Shown: positions 1 to 6,898 of the stretch, in pieces | Layout of the letters: every line of letters starts with the position of its first letter | Position numbering within the stretch: position 1 is the first letter of the stretch | DNA from: Nitrospira japonica | GTDB taxonomy: Bacteria > Nitrospirota > Thermodesulfovibrionia > Thermodesulfovibrionales > SM23-35 | Length of the DNA: 10,098 bases | Assembly: GCA_020725385.1 (NCBI GenBank) | Contig: DYFC01000067.1 | Location: forward strand, 1 to 10,098 | Direction of reading: 5' to 3' | Translations under genes and position numbers: made by a program | The notes under the pieces: generated by a model | Seen by the model: only the letters and a program-made list of their open reading frames with translations | What the model was told of the DNA's origin: nothing | Databases searched by the model: none

Positions 1-1
1 A

Positions 2-274
2 TTTAGTAAAAATGCAAGTGGTGTGGACTTAGTTATCCTTGACGTTATAATGCCAAGAAAAAACGGAAAAGAAGTTTATGAAGAACTTAAAAGAATAAAA
101 CCTGATATTAAAGTCTTATTTACAAGCGGTTATACATCGGATATAATTCACAGAAAAGGAATAATGAAAGAGAATCAGAATTTTATACTGAAACCTGTTT
201 CACCTCATGCACTTTTAAAAACTGTAAGGAGTATTTTAGATAAAGACTCAAAAAATTCGAAAAACTATAAATAG
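2..274 (+). CDS. C-terminal receiver (REC) domain, 5'-truncated; probably the end of a hybrid sensor histidine kinase or a response regulator
   Basis: The frame is open from base 2 (FSKNASGVDLVILDVIMPRKNG...), so the GTG at 23 is internal. Receiver motifs present: DLVILDVIMP (phospho-acceptor Asp), VLFTSGY (conserved Thr/Ser) and FILKP (conserved Lys-Pro). The 'LFTSGY...FI.KP' style is typical of CckA-like hybrid kinase C-termini. Confidence 0.88.
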   Translation, partial: FSKNASGVDLVILDVIMPRKNGKEVYEELKRIKPDIKVLFTSGYTSDIIHRKGIMKENQNFILKPVSPHALLKTVRSILDKDSKNSKNYK

Positions 275-291
275 CTTTAACATATTACTTT

Positions 292-723
292 TTACTTTAT
301 TTGAGTAGAAAAATATTTTTCAAAGTAATTTGAAAAATTTTCATGTAGTTCTCTAATCCACTTTATTCTGTTTAACCCATCCCGCATAAAGCCCATGAAG
401 CGTTCATCAAAATAATCTTTTTGAAAGTGGAATACGCCATTACGATATCGCCTTAGTAAATTAACATTGGGTGAATTAAGTAATGAATCTATATTGTTAT
501 CTTCAAGTTTTAATTCCTGCCAGCCTTCGATAACTATATATAAACTTGCAAACCAGTAAGACATATAGAGATTATATTCGATTTCAAATTCGGTGTTTGA
601 AAGAAGTCCTTTTATATTCTTTTCAAATAGTGATTCGAAAGATGCCTTCATTCTATCAGCCCATATGAAATATTTATAAAGATTAAATATTCTGGTATCG
701 TAAATATTTTGTTTCTCTTCCAT
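292..723 (-). CDS. Hypothetical 143-aa protein; candidate stand-alone HEPN-superfamily protein
   Basis: Clean ORF between two + strand genes. The sequence looks amphipathic and helical. It has R94-N-G-V-F-H99 (RNxxxH) preceded by LYIVIE66G. Only a weak AAGG SD-like element lies upstream. Confidence 0.7.
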   Translation of the reverse strand: MEEKQNIYDTRIFNLYKYFIWADRMKASFESLFEKNIKGLLSNTEFEIEYNLYMSYWFASLYIVIEGWQELKLEDNNIDSLLNSPNVNLLRRYRNGVFHFQKDYFDERFMGFMRDGLNRIKWIRELHENFSNYFEKYFSTQIK

Positions 724-845
724 AGAAAACCATACCTTACAAGATTATTTTCAGGGTTTATAGCAGTAGATTAAAATATAAATAATAAAAAATCTGGTAT
801 ATTTTTAGTTTTATTTGATAGTATAAAATAAAGAGGAAAAATAAG

Positions 846-852
846 AAAGGAG
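846..852 (+). promoter_or_regulatory. Shine-Dalgarno site for the 860..1225 gene
   Basis: AAAGGAG, 7 nt before ATG 860. Confidence 0.75.
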
Positions 853-859
853 TATAAAA

Positions 860-1225
860 ATGCAAAGGAAGATTATAGCTATGATTGCTTTTGTTATTTC
901 GGTTTCTTTTATGATTTTACCATATATTGCTTTTGCAGGTTGTGGTTCTGATAGTAAAGATCTTGCAATACCTAAGAAACTCATGGGAGTTATTAAAACT
1001 ATTGACGAAAAGAATAACTCGATAAATGTCAGGAGCGATGTAAGTTATGACCCTTTTATTATCAAAATAGACGAGAAAACAATTATTAAAAAAGATAGTG
1101 AAAATAAGACATTCAAGGATATAAAAGTTGGTGATAGGGTGCGAATAAGGTATATTGAGACCGAAAACGGGTTGATTGCAAAAACTATAGTATTAAACCC
1201 TGAAACAGAAGGAAATAAAAAATAG
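860..1225 (+). CDS. Small exported protein with a DUF5666-like / OB-fold beta-barrel
   Basis: Signal peptide (MQRK, hydrophobic stretch, then AFA|GC). The mature part has the pattern G.I..ID...N.I.V...IDEKT.I.......FKDIKVGDRVRIRY......IAKTI, typical of DUF5666-type small periplasmic beta-barrels. Strong SD. Confidence 0.7.
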   Translation: MQRKIIAMIAFVISVSFMILPYIAFAGCGSDSKDLAIPKKLMGVIKTIDEKNNSINVRSDVSYDPFIIKIDEKTIIKKDSENKTFKDIKVGDRVRIRYIETENGLIAKTIVLNPETEGNKK

Positions 1226-1267
1226 AAAAAACGTGTACCTTATATATGATTCAAATCAATTAGTTGA

Positions 1268-2491
1268 TTATCTGTTACGTTTTATAATTTTTCCACTCTT
1301 AGGAACAATAGCAATCCCTGAAGAATCAATATGACACCTGAATCTATCTTTTTCAGGCTCAAACCCGATCTCGGTGCCTTCTTCAATAATATTCATTTTA
1401 TCAATTATTACTTTTTTAAGTTTGCAGCCTTTTTTAATTATCACATCATCCATTATGAGGGAGTCCTCGATAGTTACATCATCTTCAACAATTACACCTG
1501 TTCTCAAAACCGAATTTTTTACTTTTGCTTTGCTGATATAACATCCCTCTGCAATTAAACTGTTTCTTATATCCCCTCTTATTATTTTTGTTGCAGGTCC
1601 TTCGTATCCTGAAGGGTGAATTGGCCATTCATTATTGTTAAGTTCAAAAAGCGGTGATTCGCCGAGCATGTCAAGATGTGCACTAAAGAATGCTGATATA
1701 TTTCCGACATCTCTCCAATAACCTTTCTCTTCATAAGGCATTGTTCCGGGTATGATATTTGTTGCAAAATCATATGCAAATACTTTTCCTGTCTCAACAA
1801 GGTCCGGTATTACGTGTGCTCCAAAATCATGTTGTTTTTTCCTTTGAGCTTTTGCAAGGGCTTCAAGTAAAACGTCTTTTGTAAATATATAATTTCCCAT
1901 TGAAACATAGGCTCTATCAGGATTATCAGGCATTGGTATAGGTTTTTTTGGTTTTTCCTGAAAGCCGATGATTCTCTTTTCATTGTCAGACATTATAACT
2001 CCAAAAGACGATGCATCTTCGATTGGAACGGGTCTTGCTGCAACAGTGACAAAGGCATCTTTTTCAAGATGGAAATCTATCATCTGTCTAATATCCATTC
2101 TGTATATATGGTCAGCTCCAAAAATAATTACCATCTTAGGATTATGTTGCTGGATAAGGCTTATATTCTGAAAAACTGCATCTGCGGTACCCTGAAACCA
2201 TTCTGGCCCCATGCGCATTTGAGGTGGTACAACTGTAACAAAATGATCTTTGATTACAGAAGATAGTCCCCAGTGAGTTCTAACATGTTCAATCAAAGAT
2301 TGAGATTTATATTGAACGAGTAAATATATAGAATAAATATGAGAATTTACAAGATTGCTTAGTACAAAATCAACAATTCTATATCTGCCCCCAAATGGTA
2401 CTGAAGGTTTGGAACGAAAGGCTGTTAAAGGGAATAATCTTTCACCTTTTCCTCCTGCAAGAACAAATGCAAGTATTTTAGGATGTGCCAT
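1268..2491 (-). CDS. glgC: Glucose-1-phosphate adenylyltransferase (ADP-glucose pyrophosphorylase)
   Basis: LAGGKGERLFPLT, KPSVPFGGRYRIVDFVLSN, WFQGTADAV, GADHIYRMD, FQEKP, SMGNYIF, DFG, YWRDVG and a C-terminal left-handed beta-helix. GGAGG SD at 2496-2500. Confidence 0.97.
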   Translation of the reverse strand: MAHPKILAFVLAGGKGERLFPLTAFRSKPSVPFGGRYRIVDFVLSNLVNSHIYSIYLLVQYKSQSLIEHVRTHWGLSSVIKDHFVTVVPPQMRMGPEWFQGTADAVFQNISLIQQHNPKMVIIFGADHIYRMDIRQMIDFHLEKDAFVTVAARPVPIEDASSFGVIMSDNEKRIIGFQEKPKKPIPMPDNPDRAYVSMGNYIFTKDVLLEALAKAQRKKQHDFGAHVIPDLVETGKVFAYDFATNIIPGTMPYEEKGYWRDVGNISAFFSAHLDMLGESPLFELNNNEWPIHPSGYEGPATKIIRGDIRNSLIAEGCYISKAKVKNSVLRTGVIVEDDVTIEDSLIMDDVIIKKGCKLKKVIIDKMNIIEEGTEIGFEPEKDRFRCHIDSSGIAIVPKSGKIIKRNR

Positions 2492-2518
2492 TTTGCCTCC
2501 AGATATATATGATTTATA

Positions 2519-2547
2519 ATTCTACAACAGTAAAATTTCAAAGACAA
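2519..2547 (-). promoter_or_regulatory. Putative sigma70-type promoter for glgC, in the malQ-glgC gap
   Basis: Minus strand reads TTGTCT (2547-2542), 17-nt spacer, TAGAAT (2524-2519), followed by GGAGG SD and ATG 2491. Confidence 0.55.
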
Positions 2548-2565
2548 GATTTATGGTTTAAAAAG

Positions 2566-4833
2566 TTATTTTGCTTTACCCCTTTGATTTTTAATTAACA
2601 TCGAGGATAATTCGGAAAATCTTTTGTCTTCTATTAATTGTTCAATGCTTATGTGATACTTCTGTTTCCAGTTCGGGTGTTCATCAATAGTTCCCGGCAG
2701 GTTCTGTTGATTTAAGGTACCAATAATATCGTCAAGACTCACCATAAGCAGTTTGCACGGAGTTAATGAAAGGAATTCATAAATTGCAAGACAAAGCTCA
2801 AAATTCATGTCAACTTCTTCACCAACTTCAACAGAATACCGTGGAGGTAAAAGTCCCTGTATTTTGAGTGCAGAGAGCATTAATTTTTTATCCCTTATTC
2901 TTTCTTCAGTATATTTTTGCATATGGGCATTATCTTTAAACATATTAAATTGTTTTTTTAATTCATTGTCTTTGCCATACCACCATCCATAAATTGTCGG
3001 AAGGTCATGTGTTGTGATGGAACATAATGCAAGTTCAGGATATTTTTCAGGCTCGAGAAAAGACGGGTCAGGATATTTTCTTTCAAAATAAAATAATCTG
3101 TACGAAAGTATGCCAAATTTCTGAAGGGTTTCGCGAGCATTCTCACCAATTGTGCCAAGATCTTCTCCAATAACAATTGTTTTATTTAATACACTTTCAA
3201 GTGCGATTATTCTTATTAAATCTTCAGAGCAGCATTTAACATAAGCTCCGTTTTTTGCTTCCTCACCTTCTGGTATCCAGAATAGTCTGAATAATCCAAG
3301 AGCATGGTCAATGCGTAATGCTCCTGCATGCTTCATATTTCTGCGCATTGTTTGTATAAATAATTCATATGCTGAATCTTTCAAACTTTTAGGGATTAAG
3401 GGCGGGAATCCCCAGTTCTGACCATTAATGTTAAAATCATCCGGTGGTGCCCCAAGATTTATTTCATTGGCTATTGTTTCAGGGTAATTCCACTCGTCAT
3501 ATCCTCCTCTAATTGACCCGACCGCAAGGTCAAGATAAAGTCCGATTCTCATCCCTGTTTCTTTTGCTAATTTTGAAATCTCGGAAAGTTGTCTGTCAAT
3601 ATGCCATTGCAAGTATTGATGAAAAAGGATTTCTTTTTTGTGTTTTTGAATGAAAAGTTCTATCTCTGTATTTGCAGTATTTTTATATTTTTCAGGCCAT
3701 TCATGGAAACTGGATTTGAATTTTTCACTCAGTGCTAAAAAAAGAGCAAAGGTTTCAAGTTGTTTGCCTTCATTTTCAATATATTCCTTAAATTCCAGAG
3801 CATATTTACTACCTTTCAAATAATGATTTTCATAGAAATGGTTAAATATTTTTTTTAGAGCATCTTTTTTCAATAAAACGATTTCTTCATAATCAATTAA
3901 CTCTGATCTCCTTATTTTTTTTATCTTTTCCAAATATTTCGTTGATTTCAGATGCTTCTGAATTTCTTTAGATTCCTTTATTTCAGGCATATTCTCGATA
4001 GAAATATAAAGATAATTTTTAAATAATCTGCTGATTGGTGAGTACGGGCTGATTCCATATGGAATAGTATTCGGGATATAATGCAAAGGATTAAGTCCCA
4101 CACAATCGCCTTTTAACTCAGAAATGAAAGAAGTAATCTCAGCAAGGTCTCCGAAGTCTCCTATCCCCCAGTTTTTTTCTGAACGCAAAGCATAAAGATT
4201 AATCGATAGTCCCCATGTCTTTTTATTTTCAAGTTCTGGTGGCATATAACATCTGTCGGGTGTAATTATAATTTTAGATGTTTTTGAAATTTTATTTTTA
4301 TTTGCTGGAAATATTTTTTCAGGATGTTTACATTCAACGGAAAGACGATAATATCCAATATCAAGTCTATTGTTTATAGGTAAAAATATTTTTACAAACC
4401 TTTTTCCGTCGAACCATTTTTTCTCACAATTATTAATATAATCAGGGCTGATTTCAAAAGATTGCCTTGATTTTATAACCTTTTTACTCGATATTGATTC
4501 TTCATTTAAATTTTGTTCTGAATAATCCCATGATATAATCAACCCCTTTTCTTTACCTTCATCGACCTGGATATATATAGGGATATGAATAGGTTGGTTA
4601 TTAATAGAAAATATTTGTACCGGCTCAATAATACTATCCCATGGATATGCTCGAACTCTATTGATTTCTCTAAGAACCTCTTCTTCTGATTCAATATTTA
4701 TTCTCATTGCTCTGAGAATTTTTTTCTTTGTCTCAAAAGGGGTTATATGACGGTTGCCGAAAATATCCCAGTAGTCAGGGATGATTCCACAGAGTTCTGC
4801 AAGTTCATTTATTAATGCTTCGTATTTCTGCAT
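2566..4833 (-). CDS. malQ: 4-alpha-glucanotransferase (amylomaltase, GH77), long form with N-terminal domain
   Basis: WGLSINLYALRS, WGIGDFGDL, GLNPLH, SPYSPISR, GLYLDLAVG, GAPPDDF..GQNWGFPP, and catalytic motifs LRIDH, GEDLG and TTHD; NLPGT..EHPNW near the end. AGGGGA SD at 4840-4845. Confidence 0.96.
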   Translation of the reverse strand: MQKYEALINELAELCGIIPDYWDIFGNRHITPFETKKKILRAMRINIESEEEVLREINRVRAYPWDSIIEPVQIFSINNQPIHIPIYIQVDEGKEKGLIISWDYSEQNLNEESISSKKVIKSRQSFEISPDYINNCEKKWFDGKRFVKIFLPINNRLDIGYYRLSVECKHPEKIFPANKNKISKTSKIIITPDRCYMPPELENKKTWGLSINLYALRSEKNWGIGDFGDLAEITSFISELKGDCVGLNPLHYIPNTIPYGISPYSPISRLFKNYLYISIENMPEIKESKEIQKHLKSTKYLEKIKKIRRSELIDYEEIVLLKKDALKKIFNHFYENHYLKGSKYALEFKEYIENEGKQLETFALFLALSEKFKSSFHEWPEKYKNTANTEIELFIQKHKKEILFHQYLQWHIDRQLSEISKLAKETGMRIGLYLDLAVGSIRGGYDEWNYPETIANEINLGAPPDDFNINGQNWGFPPLIPKSLKDSAYELFIQTMRRNMKHAGALRIDHALGLFRLFWIPEGEEAKNGAYVKCCSEDLIRIIALESVLNKTIVIGEDLGTIGENARETLQKFGILSYRLFYFERKYPDPSFLEPEKYPELALCSITTHDLPTIYGWWYGKDNELKKQFNMFKDNAHMQKYTEERIRDKKLMLSALKIQGLLPPRYSVEVGEEVDMNFELCLAIYEFLSLTPCKLLMVSLDDIIGTLNQQNLPGTIDEHPNWKQKYHISIEQLIEDKRFSELSSMLIKNQRGKAK

Positions 4834-4864
4834 ATAAAATCCCCTGTGTAAAAAGCTATATTAG

Positions 4865-5467
4865 TTAGGTTTTTAGTAATTTCATAAATTCGTTGCGGGA
4901 ATGTTTTTCTATATTACTGTGAAGATTTTTACCGTGAGAGTCCATGGTCACAATTGCGGGGAAGTTTTCAATTTCAAGCGCCCACATAGCTTCTGCTATC
5001 CCGAATTCTTCAAGCTTCCATACTCCTATAACTTTCTTAACTTTCTTTGCAAGGTAAACAGCTGCACCACCAATAGCATGCAAATAAACGCAATGATTTT
5101 CTTTTAAAGCCTTTAATGTTTGTTCACCCATTCCGCCTTTTCCCATTATGCCTTTTAACCCGTATCTTGAGATTACCTCAGGTTCATACATGTCAACTCT
5201 GATACTTGTTGTTGGTCCACATGCAACTATTTCATAATTGTTGAATTTCTCTCGTACAACAGGCCCGCAATGATAAAGAACAGAACCCTGAAGATCAAAA
5301 GGTATCTTTTTTGGGGGAAGTTTTTCTTTAACAAGAAATTTATGTAGTTTATCCCTTCCTGTAATAATTACTCCTGTTAATAAAACGAAATCACCTGCAT
5401 GTAGGGAAAGAACATCTTTCTCTTTAAGAGGAAGCATCAGGTGCTTTTTTAAATTAAATTCTTTCAT
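4865..5467 (-). CDS. Fe-S hydro-lyase beta subunit (class I fumarate hydratase C-terminal / tartrate dehydratase beta family)
   Basis: GRDKLH, YHCGP, GPTTSIR, MGKGGMG, YLHAIGGAA, EAMW and MDSHG motifs. The start is better placed at ATG 5467 (MKEF...), 2 nt after the alpha-subunit TAG at 5472-5470, than at 5512, which overlaps the alpha gene. Confidence 0.9.
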   Translation of the reverse strand: MKEFNLKKHLMLPLKEKDVLSLHAGDFVLLTGVIITGRDKLHKFLVKEKLPPKKIPFDLQGSVLYHCGPVVREKFNNYEIVACGPTTSIRVDMYEPEVISRYGLKGIMGKGGMGEQTLKALKENHCVYLHAIGGAAVYLAKKVKKVIGVWKLEEFGIAEAMWALEIENFPAIVTMDSHGKNLHSNIEKHSRNEFMKLLKT

Positions 5468-5469
5468 GG

Positions 5470-6315
5470 CTAAATTTTCAAGATAATTTTTGCTTTTCTG
5501 TGTGTCCAGCAAGAGAGTGATACATCTACAAAATATGAAGCAGGATGCCTGTGATTTATACCTATTTTTACAGCAAGAGCTGTTGTTTTACCACCGAACC
5601 CCATTGGACCGATGCCAAGCTTGTTTATATCTTTGAGTATGTTTTTTTCCAGATTAGCCAGCACACTATTTTTATTTTTATCCTGCAAGTCCCGCAATAA
5701 CTGTTCTTTTGAAAGTCTGGTCACCTGATCTTTTGTAGCTCCTATTCCTATGCCTATAAAGTAAGGAGGACAACCTCTTCCCTGAGCTTTATAAATTGCA
5801 TCAAGAACACATTTCCTCACACCATCAAGGTCTCTTTCAGCCCCGATTTCCTGTATGGGAAGTTTATAAATTTGGCCGATATTTTCACTGCCCGAACCCT
5901 TCAGCATAAGCTCAATTATTAGTTTATTACTATTTATCTCATCGAAATAAATAATCGGAAAACCTATCCCTGTGTTATCACCCGAATTTTTATCGGTAAG
6001 CACATCAACAGCATTTGCTCTTAATGGAATATTTTTTGTAGCAATTCGTGTAGCTTTTATAATTTCGTTTTTTATATGGGTCTGACTTATGCCAAAAGGG
6101 GCTTTTACAAAAAAAATCGGCACTCCTGTATCCTGACATATAGGTTTTTCGAACTCTCTTGCCATTTTTATATTTTCAAGAATAACCTTGAGAGCCTCTT
6201 TTGAGTTTGATTTTTCAATATTGGATATTTTCTGTAGTTTATTTTCGATTTCAAAAGGTAGGGATGTTGCGGCCTCTCTGTATAATTCTACCAAAATATC
6301 TCTAAGTTTCAGCAT
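5470..6315 (-). CDS. Fe-S hydro-lyase alpha subunit (class I fumarate hydratase N-terminal / tartrate dehydratase alpha family)
   Basis: PICQDTG, PLRANAV, NSGDNTG, KGSGSEN, GCPP, GIGIG, LGIGPMGFGG, RHPAS and SCWTHR. The three Cys expected as Fe-S ligands are present. Substrate (fumarate vs L-tartrate) cannot be resolved by eye. Confidence 0.92.
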   Translation of the reverse strand: MLKLRDILVELYREAATSLPFEIENKLQKISNIEKSNSKEALKVILENIKMAREFEKPICQDTGVPIFFVKAPFGISQTHIKNEIIKATRIATKNIPLRANAVDVLTDKNSGDNTGIGFPIIYFDEINSNKLIIELMLKGSGSENIGQIYKLPIQEIGAERDLDGVRKCVLDAIYKAQGRGCPPYFIGIGIGATKDQVTRLSKEQLLRDLQDKNKNSVLANLEKNILKDINKLGIGPMGFGGKTTALAVKIGINHRHPASYFVDVSLSCWTHRKAKIILKI

Positions 6316-6320
6316 GTAAT

Positions 6321-6350
6321 ACTATAACATGGAAGTAAATTTTCAGCCAA
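6321..6350 (-). promoter_or_regulatory. Putative extended -10 promoter next to the hydro-lyase alpha start (leaderless type)
   Basis: Minus strand: TTGGCT (6350-6345), 18 nt, then TATAGT (6326-6321) with TG at 6329-6328; 5 nt later comes ATG 6315. No SD. Confidence 0.5.
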
Positions 6351-6382
6351 AAAATATTAACCCAGACTATGCACATATAAAA

Positions 6383-6488
6383 CAAACTAGCAAGCCTACA
6401 AGCTGGCAAGCGAAGAGCAGAGAGCCAAAAGAAGCAACAACTGTTCAATGTTAAATCAATCAGGCGAGCCTGCAAGCTAACAATCTGG
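6383..6488. repeat. Two blocks of degenerate 8-bp tandem repeats (consensus about CAAGCTRG)
   Basis: 6383-6414 CAAACTAG CAAGCCTA CAAGCTGG CAAGCGAA; 6457-6488 CAATCAGG CGAGCCTG CAAGCTAA CAATCTGG. A short 7-bp-period GAGCAGA GAGCCAA follows the first block (6415-6428). Confidence 0.6.
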
Positions 6489-6620
6489 AAAACGAAAAAA
6501 GTAAAATATGAAACGTCAATGCTATAAGCACTTAAAACGTGAAGCGTAACTATGTTAGACAGAATAAAAAAAATTGTGACCGTTTTTTATTACGGAGAAC
6601 GGATTCAGGCATTGCAATTA

Positions 6621-6674
6621 TTGACAATTCTGTCGTCATTTGACACGATATTTGACAACAGATGTGACAAATAA
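6621..6674. repeat. TGACA array: three 12-bp direct repeats plus an upstream inverted pair; possible operator
   Basis: TTTGACACGATA / TTTGACAACAGA / TGTGACAAATAA at 6639, 6651 and 6663 (TGACA at 6641, 6653, 6665). Also TGACA-N4-TGTCG at 6622-6635 and GTCA-TT-TGAC at 6635-6644. Confidence 0.6.
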
Positions 6675-6698
6675 ACAAGTCTTTATATAAAAATATTC

Positions 6699-6804
6699 AT
6701 GATCCCTTAGCCTTGAAAAGCGGGCAAGAAAAATTGAAGGGATTTATATTTTGCCTTATAAGGAATTCCTCGATGCACTCTGGGGAGGGGAATATTCAAG
6801 ATAG
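6699..6804 (+). pseudogene. Remnant of an AAA_14/DUF4143-family ATP-binding protein gene (C-terminal 31 codons)
   Basis: 6709-6804 translates SLEKRARKIEGIYILPYKEFLDALWGGEYSR*, which resembles the typical DUF4143 ATPase tail (S/C-LE..PR....GI.ILP...FL..LW.G). In-frame TGA at 6700-6702 and no in-frame start. ATG ATC CCT (MIP) at 6699 is in another frame. Confidence 0.6.
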
Positions 6805-6881
6805 TTTCAATTTTGTCCACGAACAAGAATGTTTGTGTGATATATTCTTTTATTTATTTCAGGCAGGCAAATATTAAGTTC

Positions 6882-6890
6882 TGGTATAAT
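6882..6890 (+). promoter_or_regulatory. Extended -10 promoter element for uppP-ftsK
   Basis: TG-G-TATAAT (perfect TGnTATAAT), 8 nt before ATG 6899, with no SD in between. Confidence 0.6.
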
Positions 6891-6898
6891 TAAAATAC

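Noticed and set aside
1254-1269. Hairpin AATCAA-TTAG-TTGATT between the convergent 860 gene and glgC
   Set aside because: Six-bp AT-rich stem without a U-tract; insufficient for an intrinsic terminator call.
1331-3176. Short ORFs at 1331, 1582, 1968, 2069, 2807 and 2958
   Set aside because: All lie inside glgC or malQ, antisense or out of frame, with no recognisable motifs; shadow ORFs.
5468-5512. ORF-track N-terminal extension of the hydro-lyase beta subunit (MLDTQKSKNYLENLA)
   Set aside because: Overlaps the conserved C-terminus of the alpha gene; ATG 5467, just after the alpha stop, is the more plausible start.
6329-6454. 41-aa ORF MEVNFQPKNINPDYAHIKQTSKPTSWQAKSREPKEATTVQC
   Set aside because: No SD, overlaps the opposite-strand promoter and runs through non-triplet octamer repeats; T-poor composition alone makes stops rare.
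6563-6591. Inverted repeat AATAAAAAA-N11-TTTTTTATT
   Set aside because: AT-only stem in AT-rich DNA; too weak to call a terminator and plausible by chance.
6552-6674. 40-aa ORF MLDRIKKIVTVFYYGERIQALQLLTILSSFDTIFDNRCDK
   Set aside because: No SD and no recognisable family; it spans the TGACA array, which is better explained as DNA-level repeats.
6383-6674. Possible CRISPR array or ncRNA in the long intergenic region
   Set aside because: Repeat units are 7-12 bp and tandem, with no 23-47 bp repeats separated by unique spacers. I recognised no tRNA, riboswitch or other structured-RNA motif, though an Rfam/Infernal scan would be needed to exclude one.
6782-6789. GGGGAGGG matches the E. coli KOPS consensus GGGNAGGG, about 860 bp upstream of ftsK
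   Set aside because: Single copy, explained by the W-G-G codons of the ATPase remnant. KOPS motifs are lineage-specific and act genome-wide, not next to the ftsK gene.
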